From Octopus sinensis (Eukaryota): a stretch of DNA of 64,000 nucleotides. The position numbers and the translations under genes were made by a program. Below, in pieces: positions 51,916-63,975 of this stretch (the stretch's first letter is position 1; each line of letters begins with the position of its first letter). The notes below the pieces were generated by a model, which did not search any database, was not told the origin of the DNA, and saw only the letters and a program-made list of their open reading frames with translations. The stretch covers positions 12,896,001 through 12,960,000 of the forward strand of contig NC_043000.1 in assembly GCF_006345805.1 (NCBI RefSeq), read 5' to 3'.

Positions 51916-52282
51916 TCGTGTAAGATGAGCAACTTCGTCCGACTTGATGCTTTGGGAACCAGACAAAAATTGTTGCAACTCGGCTGGGATGTGTTACCCC
52001 ACCCTCCATATTCACCAGATATTGCTCCTTCGGATTTCCACTTATTCAGGTCTCTGCAGAATAGTCTTAATGGTAAAAATTTCAATTCCTTGGATGACAT
52101 AAAATTCTTTGCCATGAAACCACCTCAATTCTGGGAAGAGGGTATTTTCAAGTAAAAGGAAAGATGGAGACGCATTGTGTAACCAAATGGTTCATATTTG
52201 GTTGATTAAAAATGTAATGGCAAGTATTTATTGACCTTTTTCTTTCCTTTAAAAATCGACACGAACTTTCCGGACAACCCAA
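51916..52282 (+). mobile_element. 5'-truncated mariner deletion derivative
   Basis: Same CTTGATG|CTTTGGGAACC deletion junction as 42251-42816; HPPYSPDIAPSDFHLF; right TIR ends at 52282. Confidence 0.9.
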
Positions 52283-53449
52283 TAAATAATAGATAAAACA
52301 TGTATATGATCTGCCTGTTTCCTTTATTATTGAAAACAATGAATACGACAGTAACCCAATGTCCGGATTGTTCTACTGAGCAGATAATAGTAGCTGCAAT
52401 CTTTCTCAACTCTCACTCTGTTTCTTTGAAAATTCTGCCATTAAATGACCAACGTACCTAATTACCTGCTATTACTGACAAGAGCCGTGGATAGCTGTGT
52501 CAACAGAGTACTGGACAATCGGTCAAGTGAGTTGCTATGTGTGTATCCTGTCACCAGTGATTACTGGTTGACCTTGGAAGAAAAGGCTCGGTTGTGATGT
52601 ATTTTATTGCTCAAACTAAGATGGTAACATCACAGACAGACGCTTCACATTTTGTCCCAAGGCCAATAGTTTCGAAGGCGGGGGCAAGACGATTACATCC
52701 GTTCAACCGTTCTCTCCGTGTACACCCGATCACTCAGTCTGAGTCGTGACACCAGACATTCCTGCTGTCTACTTTCCTTCCCCCCTCTCTCTCTCTGCAA
52801 CATTGTGCTCGCCCATTGCACATTCATCATCTGAATCAACAGATTTTCGATGTTCTGATCAACACTTAAACGTGTAAATGTCTTGATTTTCCTCGCTTCA
52901 CATTTTGTCCCAAGGCCAATAGTTTCGAAGGCGTTCGATCTTAGGGGTCTTCGTCTCTTTCCATTCACACGTACTACAGACGTGTCCCAGATGTGTATTT
53001 AAAGGCAGCGAGCTGGCAGAAGCGTTAGCAAGCCGGGCGAAATGCTTAGCAGTATTTCATCTGCCGCTACGTTCTGAGTTCAAATTCCGCCGAGGTCGAC
53101 TTTGCCTTTCATCCTTTCGGGCTCGATTAAATAAGTACCAGTTATGCACTGGGATCGATATAATCGACTTAATCCGTTTGTCTGTCCTTGTTTGTCCCCT
53201 TGTGTGCAATAAAGAATTAAGATGTGCATTTAAAGTAAGGAGTTCTTTCGAGACATTCAGTTTTCCTTCAAAACAGGATGCATAATTATGTGATTTCGGA
53301 CTGTTTCCCTGACAGTTACTATGGCAATGGCCTTTCAGGCTTAAATACTTTTTATGACCGCTGTACAACATTAAAATTTATCACTTCTGAACTTTCCCAT
53401 CTTACTGAACTTATCTCTACTTCAAAATACTTCTCCTTCTCCGCTGATT

Positions 53450-53740
53450 TATAACAGCTGAATGGGGTATCAATAAGTACTAAGATATGCCTCAATTATG
53501 CTAATTTGTTTTTAACCTCACTAAATTCCACTCTTTCACTCGTATTACTTGACTGATCCCGCTATTATACAGCCGTTACGCAGACGACTGCGTTGGTACC
53601 ACATCACTAACTTTAGAACAACTTTTACTTTTCGTATTTTCATCAATAATTTTCACTTTAATCTGGAATTTATGTCCACCTTTTCTAACACATCCATAAA
53701 TATTCTAGATATCTCTGTCTACAGTGACATCTTCACGTAC
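53450..53740 (+). pseudogene. Penelope-like RT relic (second type)
   Basis: GVSISTKICLNYANLFL, RYADDCVG, FINNFHFNLEFMSTFSNTSINILDISV correspond to the PLE motifs GTAMG..APSYANLFM, RYIDD and NF H..KFT...SI.FLD. Confidence 0.7.
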
Positions 53741-54145
53741 TCTAAATAGCTATGCTACAAAAGTTCAGGCTCTCAGTCTTGCGATTTTTCTTCTTTGCAC
53801 ATTTACTCTGATGGCACCATCTCTCCAATAATGACCTTGACTTCCTTTTAAAATACAAGCAAATGTTTCATTTTTTCTCTCAGACACAGTTACGCAAAAC
53901 ATATCGGCATTTCCTTCCACTGAACAAATTTCATTAGACACACTTTCATTTTTTGTACTGCATCCATCCTTTCGTAAGTTCGAATTAATTCCATCTGCCA
54001 CTGGGCTGCTTCAGCATACCATCTTTAAAAACCTCCGCTTTCCATTATCCGACGCCATAACCCTCATAATTTTCTCCAGCTTATCTTTCCACCCTTCTAA
54101 AAGGATTGAAAAAGAAAAAAAAAAATCTCGATCTTTTAACTACAC

Positions 54146-54520
54146 GCAGGAGTGGCTGTGTGGTAAGTAGCTTGCTTACCAGCCACATGGTTCCGGGTTC
54201 AGTCCCGCTGCGTGGCACCTTGGGCTAGTGTCTTCTTGTATAGCCTCGGGCCGACCAAAGCCTTGTGAGTTGATTTGGTAGAGGGAAACTGAAAAAAGCC
54301 CATCGTGTATATGTATATATATGTGTTTGTGTGTGTGTTCGCCCCCCCCCCCACCAACATTGCTGGTGTGTTTATGTTCCCGTAATTTAGCGGTTCGGCA
54401 AAAGAGACTGATAGAATAAGTACTAGGCTTACAAAGAATAAGTCCTAGTGTCGATTTGCTCGACTAAAGGCGGTGCTCCAGCAGGGCCACAGTCAAATGA
54501 CTGAAACAAGTAAAAGAGTA
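54146..54520 (+). mobile_element. SINE family A
   Basis: Full-length copy. Confidence 0.85.
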
Positions 54521-56885
54521 GTACTTCCCTGGCCCTCAGATATACCCAGCCTCGTCACATTCACGTGTTCTGACCTCATTCCATCTCTCTTCTTGCTTGC
54601 GTGAGCATCATGACCAAACATCCACTTTCCATACTGGCATAGGTTAGACGTGTCGTCATGGTCGGTGTTAGTACATAATCTCACCTAGATATGTCGGGGA
54701 CCTCAACCCACCCGGTTTGGTTTCTACGACTGGATGCCCTAAAATCAACCTCTTTACTGAGTGCGTTTGGATGCTTTATTTTTTTCGTGGTATTCGAGAG
54801 ATGTTACGTCCTCGAAAAGACTAAACAGTCCTCACAACTTCACACTTTACAAAATGTTCAGAATAATTTTTTCGTGAGACTATGGCTAGAGCGGCAATCA
54901 TGTCCTCGATATGGCCTCACAACTCCACGCCTGCTTGTTCAGCAACTATTTCTAGCATGAATGATTGAGATGCGAAGGATTTCTGACACGGGACCGAACG
55001 ATAGGTTTTCTGAGATAGGTGTGTATGTTCAAGGCAACGTGACCGAGAAGGCTGAATGAGATAAGGCGATGATAGACAGCCAGGAAGAGGAAGGGGCAAG
55101 AGTATGGTGGTGGACAGAGTGAAATAGAGTAAATAGCAGGTAGTTTAGGAGAAGAGAATGAAGGTAGACTGTTCTAAGCACAATTGATTGGCCCAATGTA
55201 GCCATTTGTACATAGGCGACCAGATAGGTGAAGAGGTGTTGGTAGTGGCAGAAGAATGGGTCCTGAAGTATATGGATCAGATACGGGGTGAGTGATATAA
55301 AGTGTTGGTGAAAAGATCAGAAAAGGTAGAGGAGAACCTTTTGTTACACTGGTAGCAATGTACAACGAACAGAAGAGATCCACTACCAGCCTCAGTCATA
55401 CCAAAAGTGTTGCCTTTTACCAATCGCTTCTTTCATAGTCATCTCCTATCTTACTTGACCTAGTCTGCTCTATCTCCCTCGTTTCAACTGACCTTGCTCT
55501 TGATACAAGCTTTGACTACTCCTCCATCACTACACACACTAGCTCTTCCAAGCCCCTCTCCTCACAAGATATTAAGGTTTTTTAAATTTTCTCTGAAGAA
55601 GGACAACTGTCCAAAACATTAAATCACTCACTTCTCATGGTAAATCAACTTAGTGGAATTTATTTTTCTTCCATAATTTTTTAAAATGGTCCTATCTGTT
55701 TTGGTACCTAATCAAAAGGAACCAATATTTTACAGGGTTCTGTAATCCAGCTGGCAATAATAACATTATTTCTGCTTAAGACACAAGTCCTGATGTTTTG
55801 AAAGGAAAGAGTAAGAACTGGCCCACCACCAACACCACCACCACAAACACTTGACAAGTACTTTATTGACCCCAAACAGATGAGAGGCATAGTTAACCTT
55901 GGTGGGATTTGAAATCGGAGCCTAAAGAACCAGAACAAATACCACGAAACATTTTTTCAATGCACTACCGATTCTGGCAATAATAATCATTTCGCATTTA
56001 GGCACAAGGTCAGTAATTTTGAAAGAAAAGGGCCAGCGGATGCCATGAAGACAGGGACTTAACTGGTACTTTGTTTTATTGACCTTGGTGGGAAGAGAGG
56101 CAAAACTGTCCTTGATAGGATTTGAACTCAGAATGTAAAGAGCCAGAAGGAATACTGCAAAGCAATTTTCTAATGCCCCAATGATTCAGCCTATCCACCA
56201 TTCTGACAATAATAATAATAATAGTTCTTTCTATTATAGGGACAAGGCCTGAATTTTGGGGGAGAGGGATAATCGATTACATTGACCCCAGTACTTGACT
56301 GGTACTTAATTTATCGAGCCCCCAAAAGATAAAAGGCAAAATTGACCTCAGTGGAATTTGAACTCAGGACATAAAGATGGATAAAATGTCACTAAGCATT
56401 TTGCTCAGCATGCTAATAATTCTGCCAGCTCACCACTTCATTAATAATAATAATAATAATCCTTTCTACGAGAGATGAAGGCTAGTTGATTACATCAGTT
56501 CTAGTGTTTGACTGGTATTTATTTCATCCTTTTGGGATGAATTTGAATTTGGGATGAATTCAGAGATATTTGAACTCAGAATGTAAAGATGGGTGAAATA
56601 CCACAAAAGCATTTTGTCTGGCATGCTAACAATTCTGCCAGTTTGTCACTTCAATAATAATAATAATAATAATAATAATATCAATGATTGTGAATTTTGG
56701 CATAAGGCCAGTAATTCAAGGGAAGGGATACATTGATTACATTGACCCCAGTGCTCAACTGGTACTTATTTTACTGACCCAAAAAGGATAAAAGGCAGTC
56801 AAGCTCCAGGGAATTTGAACTCAGAATGTAAATTACTTCTATTATTTACATTTGATGGATATTTGTCCTCATCTTGTTTGTTGTT

Positions 56886-56931
56886 AACACAACGTTTCAA
56901 CTGATATACTCTCCCGCCTTCATCAGGTGTC
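56886..56931 (-). ncRNA. Hammerhead motif of the tRNA-head/HHR element (left arm, locus 2)
   Basis: Minus strand GACAC-CTGATGA-AGGCGG gagagtatat CAGTT-GAAAC-GTT-GTGTT; stem I and the palindromic ACGT are intact, stem II is degenerate. Confidence 0.65.
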
Positions 56932-57211
56932 TCGGGGAAATTTCTAACCTGGGTTCTCATTCCTAAGGTATTTTTCAATGTTATTATTATTATTATTATT
57001 CAGGTCACTGCTTGGAATCTTGGGGTTAGTAGCCCAGGCTCTTAACCACTATGCCATATGCCCATGGGCGTAGTGGTTAAGAGCGCAGGCTACTAACACC
57101 AAGATTCTGAGTTTGATGCCAGGCTGTCACCCGAATAATAATAATAATTAATAACAACAACATATTGAAAAATACCTTAGAAATGAGAACCCAGGTTCGA
57201 AATTTCCCCAA

Positions 57212-57254
57212 GACACCTGATGAAGGCAGGAGGGTATATCAGCCGAAATGTGTT
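57212..57254 (+). ncRNA. Hammerhead motif of the tRNA-head/HHR element (right arm, locus 2), partly deleted
   Basis: GACAC-CTGATGA-A-GGCAG gagggtatat CAGCC-GAAAT-GTGTT; the cleavage triplet is deleted. Confidence 0.55.
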
Positions 57255-57919
57255 AACAACAAACAAGTTGAGGACAAATATCTGTCAAATGTAAATAATG
57301 TAAATAATGTACATAATTCCTCATCTCTCAAATACAGAACTGTATCAGAATGTAAAGACAGACGAAATATTACTAAGCATTTCACCTGGTATGCTAAAGA
57401 TTCTGCCAGCTCACCACCTTAATAATTATCCTCTCTACAAAAGGAACAAGGTCTGAAATTTAGGGGAAGGAGGATGGTCAGTCTTGTTACCTTAATAATA
57501 ATAATAATAATAGTAGTAAATATTTGTTGTTTCAGATTTAGGTACAAGGATTAGTCAATACCAATGACATCACTAGTTGACTAGGATTTTATTTTATTGG
57601 CCCCAGAGAAACAAAAGCAAAGTTGACCTCAGTACAATTTGAGCTCAAAAGAAAGTCTGCAAAGCATTTTTTCCCAACCCACTAATGATTCTGCCAAACT
57701 ATTACCAAGACAACAACAATAATAATAATAATAATAATGATAATCCTTTCTGTTATAGCCACAAGGTTTGAAATTTGGGGGGAGGAGGCTAGTCGATTAC
57801 ATTGACCCCAGTGCATAACTGGTACTTCTTTAATCAACCCTGAAAGGATGAAAGGCAAATTTGAACTCAGAACGGAGCAACAGTTGAAATACTGCTAAGC
57901 ATTTCGTCCAGCACATTAA

Positions 57920-58140
57920 CCCATTTGTTACCAACCTGGCTGAAACTGGCTCTGGCTCTGAGTACAAATGTCTTGTTTTCATAAGTTTTGAATTAAAATC
58001 TTCCACCAAACCTTAGTCATAATTTATGGTTCTAACACTAGCTGAATGATAACTAAGTTATTTTACTAATTTTTTTTGTTATATTTAACATAATTGAAAG
58101 AAACACAGAGTATCTCAAAAGAAATACAGTAACGAAAGGG
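57920..58140. mobile_element. piggyBac-like MITE inserted in a SINE
   Basis: TTAA on both sides; CCCATTTGTTAC/GTAACGAAAGGG ends. Confidence 0.8.
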
Positions 58141-58406
58141 TTAACAATTCTGCCAACTCACTGCCTTATATAATAATAATAATAATAATGAATTAAAATT
58201 TTGGCAGAAGTCCAGTAAGTTTGAGAGAGGTGGTGGTGGTGAAGGGCTAGTCGATTACATCGACCTCAGTACTCAACTGGTACTTATATATTTGACCCCG
58301 AAAGTTGATCCAGGCAGAATTTGAACTCAGAACATAAAGATGGCTAAAATACCACTAAGCATTTTGCCCAGCATGTAAACATTTCTGCCAGCTTCACCAC
58401 CCTCAC

Positions 58407-58440
<34 letters not shown>

Positions 58441-59502
58441 TACAACAACTATTGTATATATTTTAAAATTTATTTCATATAATCAAAATTATACAAAAAT
58501 TAAATTTTTTTTTTTTTTATTTAGTTGTAAATTGATAAAGTAGAGCAGAGTCTTAACATAAAGCACAGACTTTTCCATAAGAGGAGAGCCTTCCAATTTT
58601 GATGATGAATGGTGGATTTCTAAGACAAACTGACCAAATAATGGAAAAAAGGGAAGGAGGAATGGGGGAAAACTGAAGTAATAAAGACAGAAAAAAAATT
58701 GAAGTAACAGTTGCACAATAACAATAGTTTCTAGTGCAGGCACAAGGCCTGAAACCTTAAGGAGCAAGGGAGTTAGTCGATATCATTGACTCAAGTACAT
58801 GACTGGTACTTTATTGTATTGAACTCCCCCAAAGGTAGAAATGATTCGGTGGGATTTGAACTTAGAATATGAAGAGCCAAAACAAATACCGCAAAGAATT
58901 TGTAGTCTGATGCTCTAATGATTTTTGCCAATCCACCATCTTGTACAACGATAATGATTTTCTAATTTAGGCACATGGCCAAAAGTTTTGAGAAGAGAAA
59001 AACTGGTCAATACCATTGAAAAGCATTTGTCTGATGCTCAAATAATTCTGCCAACCCATCACCTTGCATAACAACCACCACAAAAAAAAAAAAAAAATAA
59101 TGGTTTCAAATTTTGGCACAAGGCCAGCAATTTTAGGCGAGGGGGTTAGTCATTTATATTGACCTCAGTAGTCAACAGGTACTTATTTTATCAGTCCTAA
59201 AAAGGATAAAAGGCAAAAATTGACCCTGGTGGGATTTGAACTCACAGCATAAATGAAAGAAATGCTGCTAAACATTTTTGTCCAACATGCTAATGAGTCT
59301 GCCAGCTCATTGCCTTCATAATAATCCTTGCTACTATAGGTACAAAGCCTGAAATTTTGGGAGCATGGGCCAGTTGATTAACTCAGCCCCAGTGCTTAAC
59401 TGATGCTTATTTTATCAACCCCTGAAAGGATGAAAGCAAAGACAACCTTGGCTGAATTTGAACCCAGATTATAAAGACAGAAGAAAGCTTGCTACTTTGA
59501 TG

Positions 59503-59540
<38 letters not shown>

Positions 59541-60397
59541 CTTTTCTACTGTAGACACAAGGCCTGAAGTTTTGGGGGAGGGGATAAGTCGATTATATCG
59601 ACCCCAGTGCGTAACTGGTACTTATTTCACCGACCTTGAAAGGATGAAAGGCTAAGTCAACCTTGGTGGAATTTCAACTTGGAACGTAGCGATGGGTAAA
59701 AGCATTTTGCCCAATGTGCTAATGATTCTGCCAGCTTAAGTAGTAACAATCCTTTCTACTATAGGCACAAGACCTGAAATTTTGGAGGAGGGGGCAAACG
59801 ATTACATCGACCCCAATTTGTAACTGGTACTAATTTCACCGACTCCGAAAAGATGAAAGGCAAAGTCAACCTCGGCAGAATTTCAACTCAGAATGTAGCA
59901 ATGGGCAAAATACTGTTAAGCATTTTGCCCGGTGTGCTAATGATTCTGCCAGCTTGAATAATAATAATAATAATCCTTTCTATTTTTAGGTGCAAGGCCT
60001 AAAATTTTGGGTACTTAATTTATCAACCCTGAAAAGGATGAAAGGTAAAGTCGACCTCAGCAAAATAATAATAATAATTTCAAATTTTGGCAGAAGGCCA
60101 GAAATTATGGAGAGGGGATAAATCACTTACATTAACCCCAGGGCTTAACTGGTACTTGTTTTATTGACCTGAAAAGGGATGAAAGGCAAAGTCAACCTCA
60201 GTGGAATATAAACTCAAAGTGTAAAAATAGACGAAATGTCAGAGCATTTTGCCCAGCATAAACACAAGGCCTGAAGTTTTGGGGAATGAATCTAGTTGAT
60301 TACATTGACCCTAGCACTCAGCAGGTACCTATTTTATCTTGACATAAAATTATGTGTATGTATATATACATACACACACACGTGTGTATACACATGC

Positions 60398-60447
<50 letters not shown>

Positions 60448-60869
60448 GCAGACACATAATCTTCATAGCAGATAACACTTCAACACAAGATTTGAAACTT
60501 AATGCTATCTTAAACAGTTTCTCAGCTTATTGTGCCCCTTCATAACAATAAAACCCACTCCATAGAGAGAAAGATAAAAAAAAATGAATGCAAAATGGAA
60601 GACAAAGCTTCAAGTTCAGCAGTAAGAATAAAGAATTGAAACACAAAACTTGCACCAAGAAATCTCAGAGCTCTGATACTGTCTTCCAGTTTAATAAAGA
60701 CTGGAAGAATAATTTATACTTAAAATATTGTTTGAAGTGTGTGCATTGAGGCATATTAGTAAGAAATATATGTAATGAAAATGTAAAGCAAGCTACAATG
60801 GTTTAAATCAAAATGTTGTGAGTTACACAAACAGTTTATGTAAGGAGCAAATGTTCGAGAGAGAGAGAG

Positions 60870-60962
<93 letters not shown>

Positions 60963-61764
60963 ATATGTATCTGAGGGAGAGAGAAAAGAGTATAGAATCT
61001 AACTCAGATAATATACTCAAATCTTCAGTTATTGTAAGTTTGACAAAACCGAAGCAGGCTAGTCACCAGACTCTGATACCTGGGGGTGCCTCAGAATATT
61101 CTTGGTGGCCCTAATTTGTATTGCAGGAAGGTTTTTGTAAACTGTATTTATTAAACCTGAGGGTGCATCATTGAATAGTGAGGGGGCAGTGCTGCCAAGT
61201 GCTCCCCTTAGTGATGGGCATGTTTCGACACATACCCAAACTTATACTAGCTAAACTCTTCTTTAATCCCTTAACTAAATGCTAGATGGTGTGTGTATCT
61301 TAAAGTAGGGGAATTTACTCCAGAAGGAACATGTAATTAAATCTGCTCAGTTTGAGATCTTGAATAATTCTTAAAAAACATAAAAGAAAAAACAAGCTGA
61401 TAGAATAAGATCGGTCATGAGCAAAAGGTCCACAACAGTTTCTGAATGGCATACCTATTGAAAAATTACCTTAAACATTTTTTTAGTATCGTGGCCCACC
61501 TGATGATGAGTAAAGTCTCATGCAGCCCACTTCTTGGAAATGGTCGCTCATGCCTGGAATAGATCAACAAATAATGAAGAGAACAATAGAAATTAGGTCT
61601 GTAGTTTTAAACTGAAGAGCTTTAATGAAAACATCAGGAATTTGTTTGATATTGTGCGATATGTCTGAGATGTAAATGAAATGAAGAACTTCTTAGATTT
61701 GTCTTTCAGCAGATGAATGCTAGCGACTTGCTCTACAGAACATTACTTTTGCTCACTTGCATCG

Positions 61765-61910
61765 TTATACACCGCGGTTTTCAAGGTCTTTCACTTTGTA
61801 GATACGAACTAACCAGTGCTCAGTGGTATAGGCCTCTTCTAAGACATCTAGTTCAAAATCTTTGTTGCCAATTTCAGCATTGCGAACCCTGTCATAACCT
61901 GTGGGTTTTC
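61765..61910 (-). CDS. STT3A: STT3A last coding exon
   Basis: tttcag|GA AAA CCC...GTA TAA; phase 1 matches the previous exon. Translates (G)[47 protein letters not shown], ending like STT3A (short C-terminus) rather than STT3B. Confidence 0.96.
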
Positions 61911-62674
61911 CTGAAATAGATGAATTAAAAAGAGAATTAGGACAGAAGTAGATTTTAAAATATTTTTTTTTAATACAACCTAGTGTATTACTGCTAAGAA
62001 TATGCATTCAAATCTAGCTATAGCTTTGTATTTGCTAACACAAATGAACCCTTTGTTTCACAATCAAGCAGTTAGCATTGGGAAGTGGAAAAATACAGGT
62101 CTAACAACATATCAACAAATATCCAAAACCTGCGGGAATAGACTAACCATGGAAAACCACAAACTATAAATAAACATATCTTGATATCAGAACTTGTGGA
62201 ACAAACTGGGAACTGAATTCAAACTGCATCTATTACAAGATAAATATTTCATCTACAAATTGAATATTATAAATGATCTAATGGACAAATAGCTATATAA
62301 GTATGTCTGTGTGTGTGTATCCTTGTACATCACATGATGGTTGTAAATGAGAGCCATTGTTGCACAAGCGAGGTTCTTTGTAAAAAATATGTCAAATGAT
62401 GGAAGAATATGACTTTGCTTGAAAACAGGTGAGGGTTGGTGACAAGAAGGGCATCTGGCTGTAGAAAGTCTGCCTCAACAAATTCCATCTGACCCATATG
62501 AACATGGAAACTAGGCAGCAAATGATGATGATGATGATGATTGCAACATGTAGCAATCTGACATGTACATGTTCAGTTCAATATCTTAGTTTAAGTTTCT
62601 CTTACAAACATTGATATTGGTACTCTTAATAATTATAAAATAGCTAATGTGTCACACACACACACACACACACA

Positions 62675-62713
<39 letters not shown>

Positions 62714-63466
62714 CACAATAGACAGTGGTTAAATACAGCTGGATATCATTCCTAGAGGTAGGAACTGACATGTGGCTAATCCAGAATGAGACAAATGGGT
62801 GCTGGCTATTTGGATGGATGCTGATGATTTGGCACAGCTGACTGGACACTGAACCAGTTTTGAGGACAGTAATTTTTGGTGCAGCAGGTAATCACACACA
62901 GACACACACACAATAGTACATCAAGATTGAAGCCTGGTGCAGCCATCTGGTTTGCCATTCCTCAGTCAAATTGTCCAACCCATGCTAAGCATGGAAAGCG
63001 AACGTTAAACGATGATGATGATGATGATACAAATAGAAAGAAGGAGAGAGAGGCTTTGTAATATGTTAATTGAATATGTTTGGCATAAACATTTTCCTCT
63101 CTGACACATAAACAGAAACATGCTCACACACATAAACAGAAAGAAAGAGAGAGAGAATGAGAGAAACACTAAGATGTCTGATGACAAATAAGTCAGTAGT
63201 GAATCAGGGATGCCAAAGCATCTGATACTCTGGCAACATACAGCCTGACTTCATTCTGGTAATAAGAATTTTGAGGAAACACTTATAATGACAAACTGAA
63301 AAATGTTCAAATTTTCAAAACTATTTGCAATTAAGCTAACTTAATAAATGGAGGTGAAACAGTATTTAGATATGGAAACAAATTTGGAGGTAAAGTCTAG
63401 ATAAATCACAAAAACAGAGCCAAAATTCAGTAAATAATCTAATATATCAAATTTAGATAATTTTAA

Positions 63467-63686
63467 CCCTTTAGTGTTCAGATTATTCTGTAAAAAGTGA
63501 TGTTTGTTTATTTAAAATGGCTTGAATTAATCATGCATTATCTTGTAATTTAGGGATTTCAGTGATGTGATTTTTTAGTTTTAGAATGACATGGTAGGGC
63601 TGAGGTAAGAAGCGAGATCTGGTCAGTTTCAATATAAAACAGGTTAAATATTTTGGCTGGACATGGCCGGTTTGAATGCTAAAGGG
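63467..63686. mobile_element. piggyBac-like MITE in an STT3A intron
   Basis: TTAA on both sides; CCCTTTAGTGTTCA/TGAATGCTAAAGGG ends. Confidence 0.8.
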
Positions 63687-63786
63687 TTAATCAAATAATG
63701 TTAATAAGAAACACTGGAAGTAAAGCAATAAAAACAGAAATATAAAATGAAGAAACGTAAAATAGAAATTAAAAAAATAGGGTTAC

Positions 63787-63975
63787 CTGATTCAGTGTAA
63801 ACAGAACCAAACTGATAGTAACACATCTTGTACATAAGGCAGTTAAGAAGGACTGGAGAGCCTTCTTTATCAATTCTGAATTCTCCCTGTGGCGTATAGT
63901 AGTCGGATTCTTTGATATGAGTACCTCTCTCCGTGCTGCCACCAATCCGAACCATCCACAAAAATTTGTTGATGT
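63787..63975 (-). CDS. STT3A: STT3A penultimate coding exon (dolichyl-diphosphooligosaccharide-protein glycosyltransferase catalytic subunit)
   Basis: ttag|AC ATC...TCA G|gtaacc; 189 nt, phase 1/1. Translates (D)[62 protein letters not shown](G), closely matching the STT3A C-terminal region including the [11 protein letters not shown] (DK/MI) motif. Upstream exons lie beyond the window. Confidence 0.96.

Larger units (their letters stand above)
56833..57344. mobile_element. Head-to-head inverted tRNA-head/hammerhead retroelement inserted in a SINE
   Basis: Two arms in opposite orientation meet near 57060-57067. The 12-bp duplication TCAGAATGTAAA lies at 56821-56832 and 57345-57356, and the host SINE continues on both sides. 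Confidence 0.8.
55780..60340 (-). repeat. Head-to-tail array of about 16-18 degenerate family C SINEs separated by (AAT)n
   Basis: Recurring CCTTTCTACTATAGGCACAAGGCC...GATTCTGCCAGC units every ~200-250 bp, all in the same orientation. Confidence 0.85.

Noticed and set aside
57064-57131. tRNA-like heads of this element and of SINE families A, C and D as tRNA genes
   Set aside because: No complete acceptor stem or cloverleaf, and each is joined to a repeat body; they are SINE heads.
55780-60340. Regularly spaced repeats resembling a CRISPR array
   Set aside because: Eukaryotic context, ~200-250-bp diverged SINE units, no unique spacers and no cas genes.
61491-61530. CTGATGA followed by a TGAG/CTCA stem in the STT3A 3' region (HHR, snoRNA box C or SECIS?)
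   Set aside because: No GAAA after stem II, no nearby box D with a terminal stem, and no SECIS geometry; STT3A has no in-frame TGA here.
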